DNA from: Eledone cirrhosa
Taxonomy: Eukaryota
DNA: 64,000 bases
Assembly: GCA_964016885.1 (NCBI GenBank)
Contig: OZ024760.1
Coordinates: 29,264,001 to 29,328,000 of the forward strand
Reading direction: 5' to 3'
The notes below the pieces were generated by a model, which saw only the letters and a program-made list of their open reading frames with translations, did no database searches and was not told the DNA's origin. The position numbers were made by a program, and so were the translations under genes. How positions within the stretch are numbered: the stretch's first letter is position 1; each line of letters begins with the position of its first letter. Positions 39,492 through 54,537 of this stretch are shown here, piece by piece.

Positions 39492-39548
39492 GGGAGGGAG
39501 AGCTGACATTAAATAAGGATGATGATAATGATACATATATACATATGT

Positions 39549-39586
<38 letters not shown>

Positions 39587-39992
39587 TGTGTGTGTGTGTA
39601 TATATATATATGCATGTGTGTGTGTGTGTATATATATATGCATGTGTGTGTGTGTATATATATATATATGCATGTGTGTGTGTGTATATATATATATATG
39701 CATGTGTGTGTTTGTGTGTATATATATGTTGTGTGAATGTATGTGTGTATGTGTACTTATATATATATACAATGTTAATACACACCAAGCCAACAACACA
39801 AACACACAAACTATTTTCCTCTACTCCTCATGAGGGACTAACATCCAATACATTGAACTTTTTTTCCTTTTCTTTCAAGCATGAAACTAATAACACTATT
39901 GTTTTTGTATGTGTGTTTGTCCTTTTTTGAACTGAATATGTAAATGATATTCTCATGCTCAGGGATACTATGAAATAGTTTATAAAATATAT

Positions 39993-40324
39993 GGAGGCAC
40001 ATGGCTTAGTGGTTAGAGCATTGGCCTTGCAATCGAAAGGTTGTGAGTTTAATTCTCAGACCGGGTGATGTGTTGTTTCCTTGAGCAAGACACTTTATTC
40101 ACATTGCTCCAGTTTACTCAGCTGTAGAAATAAGATGATAGGGACTGGGGTCCATATCATTCCACTGTAAAGTGGTCGTGGGGGTGCCACGGCAAAAAAG
40201 CACCCAGCGCTCACTGTAAATGAGGTTAGTGTTAGGAAGGGCATCCAGCTGTAGAAATCAAGCCAGAATCAGTTCCCGTCCCACCCTTGCTAGCAGGGAA
40301 AAGTGGACGTAAAATGATGATGAT
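39993..40324 (+). mobile_element. tRNA-derived CORE-like SINE with RTE-type 3' tail
   Basis: A box TGGCTTAGTGG, B-box-like GAGTTTAATTC, CORE-like CCTTGAGCAAGACACTT..., tail GGAAGGGCATCCAGCTGTAGAAA...(ATG)n shared with the RTE 3' UTR. Confidence 0.8.
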
Positions 40325-40480
40325 ATACATATACCGTGTTTCCCAGCGCCAAAGACACTTCGTCCTCGAGGAGCCACCCTAATTATGATAACCCCAAAAA
40401 CTAATGAACAACCTACGGCCTCCAGGACACATGGTAGATTTTTGAGACCTATTTTATGGAAAAAGTAGCGTCTTTGTCGC

Positions 40481-41064
40481 CATCATCATCATCGTTTAAC
40501 GTCCGTGTTCCACGCTTGCATGGGTTTGGACGGGGGTTTTCCCACTTGAGGCAAGAGTGATTGTCTTGCTCGCATAGGACTGTCTGACGGATTTTCTACA
40601 GCTGGATGCCCTTCCTAACACCAACCACATTTACAGTGTGGGTCTGGGAGGTTTTTACCGTGTTGCCTACACGGCCACATTACAGCGTGGACTGTCTGGC
40701 GGGTTTTCTACAGCTGGATGCCCTTCCTAACACCAACCACATTTACAGTGTGGGGGTGGGAGGTTTTTACCGTGTTACCTACATGGCCACATTACAGCGT
40801 GGACTGTCTGGTGGGTTTTCTACAGCTGGATGCCCTTCCTAACACCAACCACATTTACAGTGTGGGGCTGGGAGGTTTTTACCGTGTTGCCTACATGGCC
40901 ACATTACAGCGTGGACTGTGTGTTTTTTTATCGTGACCCCTACACGATCTCATTTGTTTCGGCCTGGATGGTGTGGCACCAACATAACTTTACATTGAAA
41001 GGGGCGGTGTGGATGGGGTCGGGGTGGTGGGACGGGGGTGTATTTTATTAGAGATGCCTACTGA

Positions 41065-41066
<2 letters not shown>
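40481..41066 (-). mobile_element. RTE LINE 3' UTR-only copy with a roughly 112-bp segment triplicated
   Basis: Near-identical to 26930-27290 and 57480-58070. Confidence 0.8.
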
Positions 41067-41106
<40 letters not shown>

Positions 41107-41921
41107 TCATCATCATCACCGTTTAATGTCCATTTTTCCAAGCTAGCATGGGTTGATGAGTTGTCCCATTGTGAGACTAGCCAGGTCAGATGACCATGTC
41201 TTGTCCTTCCTAACACCAACCACATTTGCAGTGTGCACTGGGACCCTTTTTACTGTGACACCTACACAACTACATAAAAGACAGGTTCTATGAGTCCCTA
41301 ATGCACACTATTTCACAAATAAATGGAGGTCACTACATAATCATTGTTGGCAATTTTAATGGGCATGTTTTGCAACATGCAGCATGAAGTTATGGCCCTT
41401 TACATTCTGAGTCTAAATCCCACCAAGGTTAACTTAGCCTGTCATCCTTACTGGGTCGATACAATAAAGTACCAGTAATTAACACTGGGATTGATTTAAT
41501 CGACTCTCCCCCTCCCCCCAATTGCTGGCCTTATGCCTAAAGTAGGAACCATTGCTGTCAGTTGACCAAATCTGGGGAAGAAATCATTACACAATCAATT
41601 TCTAAATAAATCAGAACAACATAGCTATGGTGGTGGTGGTGGTGGTGGTGGTGGTGGTGGTAGTGGTGGTGATGGTGGTGGTAGTGGTGGTAGTAGTGGT
41701 GGTGGTGCACAGTTGTGGTAGTGGTGGTGGTGGTGGTATGGTGGTGGTGGACAGTGGTGGTGGTGGTGGTGGGAGTAGCAGTAGCAGTAGTAGTAGTATC
41801 TCCAGTCTGTATCTGATGTTATTCAACAAGAAATCTTATCTCCCCTCATGGCTGTTCTTCAGTTGATAAAAGGAGAGATAGCCTCTGTTGCCTTCTTTCC
41901 TTCTCATAGACTCCCATTTCT

Positions 41922-42023
41922 CCTTCTCTCTCTCTCTCTTTCTCTTTCTCTATCTCTCTCTCTCTATCTCTCTCTTTCTCTCTTTGTCTCTCTCTCTCTC
42001 TATCTATCTCTCTCTCTTGCTCA

Positions 42024-42057
<34 letters not shown>

Positions 42058-42440
42058 TTCTCTCTCTTGCTCTCCTCTTGCTCTATCTCTCTCTATTTCT
42101 CTATCTCTCTCTCTTTCTCTCTTTCTTGCTCTCTCTCTCTCTCTCTTGCTCTCTCTCTCTCTCTCTTCCTCTTTCTTGCTCTCTCTCTCTCTCTCTCTCT
42201 CTTGCTCTCTCTCTCTCTTGCTCTCTCTCTCTCTCTCTCTCTCTTGCTCTCTCTCTCTATCTCTCTATCTTGCTCTCTCTCGCCCTCTCTCTCTCTCTAT
42301 ATATATATATATCTTGCTCTCTCTCTATCTCTCTTTCTCTCTCTATCTCTATCTCTATCTCTCTCTCTTTCTCTCTCTATCTATCTCTCTCTCTCTTGCT
42401 CTCTCTCTCTCTCTCTCCTTTCTCTCTCGCTCTCTTTCTC
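41922..42440. repeat. (CT)n polypyrimidine tract (another at 12652-13160)
   Basis: Direct inspection. Confidence 0.9.
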
Positions 42441-42552
42441 TTACCCCCCTCTTTATCTCTATTGCTCTTTCTCCTTGTTTTTCTTCCTCTCTGTAAACAC
42501 ATACATATCCCTGTATATACATACATATGTACTTTCTACATCCACCTATATG

Positions 42553-42605
<53 letters not shown>

Positions 42606-42618
42606 ATACATCTGTATG

Positions 42619-42653
<35 letters not shown>

Positions 42654-43430
42654 ATACATCTGTATGCTATATATATATAGTACATATATCTGTATGCTAT
42701 ATATATATATATATATATATATTTTTATATATATATATATATATATTTTCCTGTCAGCATGACTTGGCAAGCTATTTAGAACACTGGTTTAACAGCTTTA
42801 CTTCCCTCCGAAGATGAGATATGATCTCGAAAATTAAGGACATTTAAATAAATCTAAGGTAAAAGACTAATTGTCAACAATATCTTTTGCATTTGCATTC
42901 TTTATTCAATGTCCATACCTGCATTGTTTTGGCTTTATTATACATATACAAAGGGCGGTGGATTGGCAGTATCGGTAGAGGATCGGACACCATGCTTTCC
43001 AACATAGTTACGTCCCTTTACGATCTGAATTCAAATCCCGCCGAGGTTGACTTTTCCTTTCATCCTTATGGGGTCGATAAAATAAAGTACCAGTAATGCA
43101 CTGGGTAATTGCTGGCCTTGTGCCTAAAGTAGAAACAATTATACATATACAAACGTTTATATTTCATTACACATATATATATATATATATATATATTAAA
43201 GTGTTAAACAATAATCAATGAGTATGTCAAAGAATGAGTTTTACAGTAGATTGGAAGCACTCTACGGAAAACTAATTTTCCGGAGTTATTAATATTAAAA
43301 TATAAATATTAATAAAATCGCATTTTCGCACGTTCTCATTATTAGGGTATATATGTTAAATCTTCTTTTAGGTTAATCACTACCTTGCTTAAATCTTAAC
43401 CATTTAACATCTCAGGGTATGTCATGTATC

Positions 43431-43493
43431 ATTATATTTTGTCTGATGAGGACGTACTGTTGTACATCCGAAATATGTATAATAAAATGTAAT
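43431..43493 (+). ncRNA. Type I hammerhead ribozyme
   Basis: ATTATATTTTGT-CTGATGA-GGA-C-GTAC-TGTT-GTAC-A-TCC-GAAA-TATGTA-TA-ATAAAATGTAAT; 12-bp helix I. Confidence 0.82.
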
Positions 43494-43528
43494 TGATCAA
43501 AAGAACATCTATTTTATTAATATTTATA

Positions 43529-43607
<79 letters not shown>

Positions 43608-43612
<5 letters not shown>

Positions 43613-44514
43613 ATACATCTGTATGCTATATATATATATATATAGTACATACATCTGTATGCTATATATATGGTACATACATCTGTATGCTATATATATG
43701 GTACATACATCTGTATGCTATATATATATAGTACATACATCTGTATGCTATATATATATATAGTACATACATCTATATGCTATATATATAGTACATACAT
43801 CTGTATGCTATATATATATAGTACATACATCTGTATGCTATATATATAGTACATACATCTGTATGCTATATATATATATAGTACATACATCTATATGCTA
43901 TATATATAGTACATACATCTGTATGCTATATATATATAGTACATACATCTGTATGCTATATATATAGTACATACATCTGTATGCTATATATATATATAGT
44001 ACATACATCTGTATGCTATATATATGGTACATACATCTGTATGCTATATATATAGTACATACATCTGTATGCTATATATATATATAGTACATACATCTGT
44101 ATGCTATATATATAGTACATACATCTGTATGCTATATATATATAGTACATACATCTGTATGCTATATATATATAGTACATACATCTGTATGCTATATATA
44201 TATAGTACATACATCTGTATGCTATATATATATAGTACATACATCTGTATGCTATATATATATAGTACATACATCTGTATGCTATATATATATAGTACAT
44301 ACATCTGTATGCTATATATATATAGTACATACATCTGTATGCTATATATATAGTACATACATCTGTATGCTATATATATATAGTACATACATCTGTATGC
44401 TATATATAGTACATACATCTGTATGCTATATATATATAGTACATACATCTGTATGCTATATATAGTACATACATCTGTATGCTATATATATATAGTACAT
44501 ACATCTGTATGCTA
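43608..44514. repeat. TAGTACATACATCTGTATGC(TA)n satellite
   Basis: About 30 units; three more units at 42600-42700. Confidence 0.93.
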
Positions 44515-44589
44515 TGTCTGTAATGATAAGACTCACATGAACTTAAAAGAGTACATCTCAACTCATTCAAACAAACTATATATATACAC

Positions 44590-45354
44590 ATATACACATA
44601 CATTGGCTGGTCATATATTGACATGTGTGTGTATATATATATATATATACACACATTGTCTGGTCATATATTGTGTATATATATATATATACACACACAT
44701 TGGCTGGTCATATATATATACACACATTGGCTGGTCATATATTGACATGTGTATATATATATATACACACATTGGCTGGTCATATATTGTGTATATATAT
44801 ATACACACATTGTCTGGTCATATATTGACATATGTATATATATATATACACACATTGTCTGGTGATATATATATACACACATTGGCTGGTCATATATATA
44901 TACACGCATTGTCTGGTCATATATTGACATGTGTATATATATATATATATATATACACACATTGGCTGGTCATATATTGTGTATATATATATACAGACAT
45001 TGGCTGGACATATATTCACACACATGTATACCCCACACACACACACATTAGCTGGCCACGTTCACACACATATATACACCACATACACACACACATTAGC
45101 TGGCCACGTTCACACACAAGTATACCCCACACACACACATTAGCTGGCCACGTTCACACACATGTATACACCACACACACATTAGCTGGCCACATTCACA
45201 CACATGTATACCCCACACACACACACATTAGCTGGCCACATTCACACACAAGTATACACCCCACACACACACATTAGCTGGCCACATTCACACACATGTA
45301 TACCCCACACACACACACACACATTAGCTGGCCACATTCACACACATGTATACA

Positions 45355-45386
<32 letters not shown>

Positions 45387-48292
45387 TAGCTGGCCACGTT
45401 CACACACAAGTATACCCCCCCCACACACACACACACACATTAGCTGGCCACATTCACACACATGTATACCCCACACACACACACACACATTAGCTGGCCA
45501 CATTCACACACATGTATACACCACACACACACCCACATTAGCTGGCCACATTCACACACATTTATACCCCCACACACACACATTAGCTGGCCACATTCAC
45601 ACACATGTATACACCACACACACACACACATTAGCTGGCCACATTCACACACATGTATACACCCCACACACACACATTAGCTGGCCACATTCACACACAT
45701 GTATACCCCACACACACACACATTAGCTGGCCACATTCACACACATGTATACACCACACACACACACACACACATTAGCTGGCCATGTTCACACACATGT
45801 ATACACCACACACACACACACATTAGCTGGCCACATTCACACACATGTATACACCACACACACACACATTAGCTGGCCACATTCACACACATGTATACAC
45901 CACACACACACACACATATTAGCTGGCCACATTCACACACATGTATACACCACACACACACACACACATTAGCTGGCCACGTTCACACACATGTATACAC
46001 CACATACACACACACATTAGCTGGCCACGTTCACACACATGTATACACCACACACACACACACATTAGCTGGCCACATTCACACACATATATACACCACA
46101 CACACACACACACATTAGCTGGCCACGTTCACACACATGTATACACCACACACACACACATTAGCTGGCCACGTTCACACACATGTATACACCACACACA
46201 CACACACATTAGCTGGCCACGTTCACACACATGTATACACCACACACACATTAGCTGGCCACGTTCACACACATGTATACACCACACACACACACACATA
46301 TTAGCTGGCCACATTCACACACATGTATACACCACACACACACACACATTAGCTGGCCACGTTCACACACATGTATACACCACACACACACACACATTAG
46401 CTGGCCACGTTCACACACATGTATACACCACACACACACACACATTAGCTGGCCACATTCACACACATGTATACACCACACACACACACATTAGCTGGCC
46501 ACGTTCACACACATGTATACACCACACACACATTAGCTGGCCACATTCACACACATGTATACCCCACACACACACACATTAGCTGGCCACATTCACACAC
46601 AAGTATACACCCCACACACACACATTAGCTGACTACATTCACACACATGTATACCCCACACACACACACACACATTAGCTGGCCACATTCACACACATGT
46701 ATACACCACACACACACACACACACATTAGCTGGCCACGTTCACACACAAGTATACCCCACACACACACACACATTAGCTGGCCACATTCACACACATGT
46801 ATACCCCACACACACACACACACATTAGCTGGCCACATTCACACACATGTATACACCACACACACACACACATTAGCTGGCCACATTCACACACATGTAT
46901 ACCCACACACACACACATTAGCTGGCCACATTCACACACATGTATACACCCCACACACACACATTAGCTGGCCACATTCACACACATGTATACCCCACAC
47001 ACACACACATTAGCTGGCCACATTCACACACATGTATACACCACACACACACACACACACATTAGCTGGCCATGTTCACACACATGTATACACCACACAT
47101 ACACACACATTAGCTGGCCACATTCACACACATGTATACACCACACACACACACATTAGCTGGCCACGTTCACACACATGTATACACCACACACACACAC
47201 ACACATTAGCTGGCCACGTTCACACACATGTATACACCACACACACACACACATTAGCTGGCCACATTCACACACATATATACATCACACACACACACAC
47301 ACATTAGCTGGCCACGTTCACACACATGTATACACCACACACACACACATTAGCTGGCCACGTTCACACACATGTATACACCACACACACACACACATTA
47401 GCTGGCCACATTCACACACATGTATACACCACACACACATTAGCTGGCCACGTTCACACACATGTATACACCACACACACACATGTATACACCACACACA
47501 TTAGCTGGCCACGTTCACACACATGTATACACCACACACACACATTAGCTGGCCACGTTCACACACATGTATACACCACACACACACACACACATTAGCT
47601 GGCCACATTCACACACATGTATACACCACACACACACACACATTAGCTGGCCACATTCACACACATGTATACACCACACACACACACACATTAGCTGCCC
47701 ACGTTCACACACATGTATACACCACACACACACATGTATACACCACACACATTAGCTGGCCACGTTCACACACATGTATACACCACACACACACATTAGC
47801 TGGCCACGTTCACACACATGTATACACCACACACACACACACATTAGCTGGCCACGTTCACACACATGTATACACCACACACACACACACATGTATACAC
47901 CACACACACACACACATTAGCTGGCCACGTTCACACACATGTATACACCATACACACACATACATTAGCTGGCCACGTTCACACACATGTATACACCACA
48001 CACACACACACATTAGCTGGCCACGTTCACACACATGTATACACCACACACACACATACATTAGCTGGCCACGTTCACACACATGTATACACCACACACA
48101 CACACACATTAGCTGGCCACATTCACACACATGTATACACCACACACACACACACATTAGCTGGCCACATTCACACACATGTATACACCACACACACACA
48201 CACATTAGCTGGCCATGTTCACACACATGTATACACCACACACACACACATGTATACACCACACACACACATGTATACACCACACACACACA
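44590..48292. repeat. CATTAGCTGGCCAC(A/G)TTCACACACATGTATACAC(CA)n satellite
   Basis: About 3.7 kb array with a diverged, T-rich left end. Confidence 0.93.
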
Positions 48293-48404
48293 TGCAGCCA
48301 TCACATCTCATGTCATGCTCCACAAGGCAATAAAAGAGCCTCTACATTGTCAGACAGCTTGCTAGAAATAACAGGCAATTCTTCCTCAAATGACACAAAA
48401 CCCT

Positions 48405-49300
48405 CCACTCCCACCACCAACACCACCACCACACTACCACCACCAACACCACCACCACCACACTACCACCACCAACACCACCACCGCCACACTAACACCA
48501 CCACCACTACCTCCACCAACGCACCCACCACCACACTACCACCACCACCACTACCTCCAGCACTACCAACACCAACACCACCACCACCACACTACCACCA
48601 CTAACACTACCACCACCAACACCACCACCACCAACACCACCAAAACCACCACCACACTACCACCACCACCACACTACCACCACCAACACCACACTACCAC
48701 CAACACCACCAGCACCACCACCAATACCACCACCACGACCAACACCAACACCACCACCACACTACCACCACACTACCACCACAAACACACTACCACCACC
48801 ACCACCACACTACCACCACCACCACCACCTCCACCACCACCAACACCAACACTACCATACTACCACCACCACCACTACGTCCACCATTACCAACACCACC
48901 ACCAACACCACCACTACCACCACCACCACTACCTCCTCCACTCCTACCACCACCACCAACACCACCACACTACCACCACCAACACCACTAACACCAACAA
49001 CACCACCACCACACTACCACCACCACCAACACCACCACCAACACCAACACCAACACCACCACCACCAACACCACCACCACACTACCACCACCACCACCAA
49101 CACCACCACCACCACCAACACCACCACCACCACACTACCACCAACACCACCACCACCACCACCACCAACACCACCAACACCACCACCAACACCAACACCA
49201 CCACACTACCAACACCACCACCACCACACTACCACCACCAACACCACCACCACCACACTACCACCACCAACACCACCACCACCACACTACCACCACCAAC
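48405..49300. repeat. (CCA)n-type low-complexity tract (others at 11370-11720, 30295-30605, 41628-41797)
   Basis: Direct inspection. Confidence 0.9.
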
Positions 49301-50250
49301 ATCAAACTTTGATATGTATTTTTTTTTTAATAAATGAATTTTTTCTGAGAAACATTTTTTATATAATAAAATGCAGCTTTAGTTGTAGTTTCCTTGAAAG
49401 CCTGTATACAGTATATAACGTGGAAAGTGATAGAGAGCTAAATAATAGAATATAGTAAGTTAAAGGGAACAAAAAGTAAGTTACCTGGTAATCCTGGTTT
49501 TGTTTTGTTTTTTTGTTTTTGTTTTGTTTTTTTTTGTTGTTGTTGCTATTGTTTCTTTCGTCCTAATATTTTGGACTTAAAATTCCCTTAAGAGTTTAAG
49601 AAACTTTCAGAGAAAAATATTCTTTCTTCTCTTTGGGATTAAATTTAGATTTAAATTTCTTAAATCGATTTCAAGTGTTGTTTGATGGTTATTTTGATGG
49701 TTATTTTGGTTATTTTGCTGGTTATTTTGATGGTTATTTTGGTTATTTTGCTGGTTATTTTGATGGTTATTTTGTTTGTTTGTTTGTTGTTGTTGTTTCT
49801 TTCGTCCTAATATTTTGGACTTAAAATTCGCTTCTTCAGAGTATAAGGAACTTTCAGGTGTATCATTTAATGTGTTTAATATCCATAAATTACAGGTATA
49901 TGTTTGGCAATTTTAAAGAAAACAAATGAAATTTACAGCTCACACCTATGTAAGTTTAACTGGCCTCTCATGAGGTTGCATCTTGTAGGAGTTTCCTGGG
50001 AGATTTTAATGATAGGAGACTTCAGTGTTGTTGTTACAGATCACATCACACATCTGCAAGTTTAGCTGGCTTCATATCAGATTACATTTCACAGAACATT
50101 TCTAGGTGATAGCATGTTGTTACAACTCACCTATTTAGGTTTAGCTGACCTAAACATTTGTATCCCTTACTTTTGCAAGGACAGAAAGGACCCAATACAT
50201 GCAATCATAAATTAGCATGCAGGAGTTTTAACGAAAAAAAATTTAACCTA

Positions 50251-50312
50251 ATAACAAATGTTTTGAAGATCCAAAGCGGAGAAAGCAAGCTTTGCTAATG
50301 TCAATTTGTTGT
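50251..50312 (+). ncRNA. Degenerate hammerhead (C3 changed to T)
   Basis: TTGAAGA-TCC-AAAGC-GGA-GAAA-GCAA-GCT-TTGC-TA; distal helix I ATAACAAAT/ATTTGTTGT. Confidence 0.4.
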
Positions 50313-50386
50313 ACATGTTATAAAGATCCTTTTTATATATATATACCAGGTGCACATTTCAAACCCTTTTTTCATTATAATTTTCC

Positions 50387-50552
<166 letters not shown>

Positions 50553-51221
50553 ATGTATATGTATGTGTGTGTGTGTGTATGTATATGTATGTGTGTGTGT
50601 GTGTATGTATATGTATGTGTGTGTGTGTGTATGTATATGTATGTGTGTGTGTGTGTATGTATATGTATGTGTGTGTGTGTATGTATATGTATGTGTGTGT
50701 GTATGTATATGTGTGTGTGTGTGTATATGTGTGTGTGTATGTATGTGTGTGTGTGTGTGTGTGTGTATGTGTGTGTGTGTGTATGTATGTATATATCTGT
50801 ATGTGTGTATATGTATGTATCTGTATGTGTGTATATGTATGTATCTGTATGTGTGTATATGTATATATATATATGTATATATGTGTGTATGTATATATCT
50901 GTATGTGTGTATATGTATGTATATATATATATGTATATATGTGTGTATGTATATATCTGTATGTGTGTATATGTATGTATATATATATATGTATATATGT
51001 ATATATATATGTATATATATGTATGTGTGTATATGTATGTATATATGTATATAAATGTATATGTGTATATGTATGTATATATATATATATATGTATATAT
51101 ATGTATGTGTGTATATGTATGTATAAATGTATATGTGTGTATGTATATATATATATATATATGTACATATATGTATATATATATGCATGTATATATATAT
51201 ATGTATATATATGCATGTGAA

Positions 51222-51430
51222 GGCACATGGCTGCTTGGTTAGAGAACTGGATTCGCAGTCGTGAGGTTGTGAGTTTGATTCCCAGACCAGGCGATGTGTT
51301 ATGTCCTTGAACAAGACACTTTATTTCACATTGCTCCTTCTACCTGGAGTTGCGACCGATAGATAGTATTAGCAATTGGAAAAACCAACGGAAACATTGT
51401 TTCCTCAGTCCGATTTCACGAAAGTCGATC
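51222..51430 (+). mobile_element. tRNA/CORE-like SINE with a different tail (other copies: 12105-12297 minus, 33825-33955 plus)
   Basis: tRNA-like head, CCTTGAACAAGACACTT, then GCTCCTTCTACCTGGA...GGAAACATTGTTTCCTC. Confidence 0.65.
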
Positions 51431-51528
51431 GACTGTCGATATATGCATGTGTATATATATATATGTATATATATGCATGTATATATATGTATGTATATAT
51501 AAATATATGTGTATATATATATATATAT

Positions 51529-51853
51529 GGAGGCATATGGCTTAGTGGTTAGAGCATTGGCCTTGCAATCGAAAGGTTGTGAGTTCAATTTTCAGACCGG
51601 GTGATGTGTTGTTTCCTTGAGCAAGACACTTTATTTCACATTGCTCCAGTTTACTCAGCTGTAGAAATGAGATGATAGGGACTGGGGTCCATATCATTCC
51701 ACTGCAAAGTGGTCGTGGAGGTGCCACGGAAAAAAAGCACCCAGCACTCACTGTAAATGAGGTTGGTGTTAGGAATGGCATCCAGCTGTAGAAATCAAGC
51801 CAGTATCAGTTCCCATCCCACCCTTGCAAGCAGGGAAAAGCGGATGTAAAATG
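51529..51853 (+). mobile_element. Same CORE-like SINE
   Basis: Near-identical to 39993-40324. Confidence 0.8.
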
Positions 51854-52244
51854 AAACTAAATGAAACTAATATATATATATAAGGGATAACAAAATATCG
51901 TTAGAGGTAATCCAGTTAGAGGTTGTGAATACTTCTTATTATGGATGGTTTTAGCGTATGGCGTTGTTTGACTCAACAAGAGGTTTCCATAGGTGGCGAG
52001 TTTATGAGTTTTCTTGCATACCAATGTAAGTTTATCTTGGAGTAATAATATTGAAAGAGTGAAGAATAACATGGTCAACATTACAAAAAGGGTTTTATTT
52101 ACAGTCTGACAATTGTTTCACTGATTAAGTTGTCTAAAAATTGCTGAACACTTGAAGTTGTGTCACTCAATTTTAAATAGGTTGTTAGCTTAACCAGATC
52201 ATTGGTTTCAATATATATATTTTTTTCAATATATATATCTTCTT

Positions 52245-52570
52245 CATTTTTACGTCCACTTTTCCCTGCTTGCAAGGGTGGGACGGGAACTGATTCTGGC
52301 TTGATTTCTACAGCTGGATGCCCTTCCTAACACCAACCTCATTTACAGTGAGTGCTGGGTGTTTTTTTGCCGTGGCACCTCCACGACCACTTTGCAGTGG
52401 AATGAAAGGGACCCCAGTCCCTATCATCTCATTTCTACAGCTGAGTAAACTGGAGCAATGTGAAATAAAGTGTCTTGCTCAAGGAAACAACACATCACCC
52501 AGTCTGAGAATTGAACTCACAACCTTTCGATTGCAAGGCCAATGCTCTAACCACTAAGCCATATGCCTCC
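52245..52570 (-). mobile_element. Same CORE-like SINE
   Basis: Reverse complement of 51529-51853. Confidence 0.8.
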
Positions 52571-52737
52571 ATATATATATATATATATATATATATATCC
52601 AGGGAGTGTAACTTATAGTTACTGTAGGTTCACCTGGGTGAGCACTCGATGTTTAGGTTCACTTCAGTGTCGAGGTGTAGAGCTATACAGAGTGTATTAT
52701 AGTGAAATAAGATAACAAGGACGATTGGTTACTCCTT

Positions 52738-52849
52738 CATTACGTTTATTGGTTGGTGACGCGCGTTTCACCACTGACCAGCTCTAGGTTTGATCTGTAC
52801 CGATCTGACCTGACTCTGTAATCCGCGGCTCGTCAGACCCCTTGTAATG
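52738..52849 (-). ncRNA. Type I hammerhead ribozyme with an extended helix II
   Basis: CATTAC..GGT-CTGACGA-GCCGC...GTGGT-GAAA-CGCGCG-TC-ACC..GTAATG; GUC site, helix II of 60 nt. Confidence 0.75.
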
Positions 52850-52870
52850 GAAATATATATATATATACTG

Positions 52871-52901
<31 letters not shown>

Positions 52902-53069
52902 GTTTATAGAATTCTTTTTGCTTTTGTCACTCTAAATATAAATTATAGCCTTTATTAGCTTTTAATGAATTCCCTTTTCTTTCAACCAATGACCTCCACC
53001 CATCCCACTCCCCACCCCCTCCTACCACCTGAAAAGATATAAATACCACAACATTTATTTTGGAAAGCC

Positions 53070-53120
53070 AGATTCCTAATGATTTCTAAAGAATGAAACA
53101 GTTCGAGTCCTGTAGAATCT
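53070..53120 (+). ncRNA. Degenerate copy of the 59806 hammerhead family (CTAATGA core)
   Basis: AGATTC-CTAATGA-TTTC-TAAA-GAAT-GAAA-CAG..CTG-TA-GAATCT. Confidence 0.55.
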
Positions 53121-53353
53121 CATCTATATTAAAACTTTTATACTCTGCTATGTATTGAGTATCTTACTTACTGTGGTTACCTCCGACTCAACCCGGAATA
53201 ACTTACCTATATATATATATATACTGTGTATATATATATATATATATACTGTATATATATATATACAGTATATATATATATATGTATATATATTTGTCCC
53301 ACCCTTGCAAGCAGGGAAAAGCGGACGTAAAATGATGATGATGATGATTTACA

Positions 53354-53392
<39 letters not shown>

Positions 53393-54025
53393 GTATATAT
53401 ATATATATATAGGGGAAAGACACAGAAGCATGTGTATTTCATTACAGGAATTTCAATTACAGGATTATACGCGAGTCCTTTGCTCCGTTATTTTACTTGA
53501 TATTTGCTGCTTGCGCTCTCTCTGCTGTTGAGCACCATAAATTGAATAGTATAGGCTGCCATTTCTAGCAGCTTGTTTTGTTCATGCCACCGGTTACTGC
53601 CGCGCGCACGCATTTCCCTGATGTCTACACGTGCGAAGGGTGGTTTATTTTAGTTCTCTCTCTAGTAGTGCGGACAATATCGGCCTTCCACATGCTGATG
53701 ACCCACAGGGCCGTATTGGTGGAACCCACTAAAATGGTGAAACATGCTCCTGGTGAGTGTGTACAAGTGTGATTTAGGTGAGGTTGGTTTCTCATTTCAA
53801 TTTATACTTTTAATTTTAATATTTTTCCTATGCCTCTTGTAGCTTATATTCTCTTCACGCTGGTGGTTTGAAATTCCTGTAATGAAAAACACACTCTCTT
53901 GTGTCTTTCCCCTCTATATATGGTATTTTAAAGTGCCCAGGATAACTCTTTCCTTTGAGCTCATTTAATTACAAGATTATACGCGAGTCCTTTACACTGT
54001 TATTTTTACTATATATATATATATA

Positions 54026-54083
<58 letters not shown>

Positions 54084-54126
54084 ATTTAAAACTGCACTAT
54101 CCACAAGTGTTTTTTAGCCTTCATAT

Positions 54127-54205
54127 CATGTCCTGTTTTATCTGATGAAAACACAAATATTATTGCATGATGTTTGTTTTTGAAATGCGCATAATAAAAT
54201 ACATG
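54127..54205 (+). ncRNA. Type I hammerhead ribozyme
   Basis: TGTTTTAT-CTGATGA-AAAC-ACAAATATTA-TTGCA-TGATGTTTGT-TTTT-GAAA-TGCGCA-TA-ATAAAATA. Confidence 0.78.
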
Positions 54206-54454
54206 GAACTCCTTTAACCATCTTTTGATCTTATATATTATATATATATATATATATACACACACAGGTTAATATAGAGAGATGTACCTTGTGAAAACCA
54301 ACTGTTGTATGGAAGTATCTAACATAAACATACTAATATATTGCCAATTGTTGGTAAGTTGGGTTTAGTAGTACTGTATATAACCTTTACTGTCTGAGTG
54401 TGTGTATATATATATATATATGTGAGTGTGTGTGTGTATATATATATGTGAGTC

Positions 54455-54487
<33 letters not shown>

Positions 54488-54493
54488 GTGTGA

Positions 54494-54537
<44 letters not shown>

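Noticed and set aside
39993-40070. tRNA-like sequences at SINE heads
   Set aside because: They continue into SINE body and tail in many copies, so they are not tRNA genes.
49550-49845. Duplicated minus-strand GTCC-AAAATATTA-GGAC-GAAA hairpin near CTGAAGA
   Set aside because: CTGAAGA is 12 nt away from the hairpin and there is no helix III or cleavage triplet.
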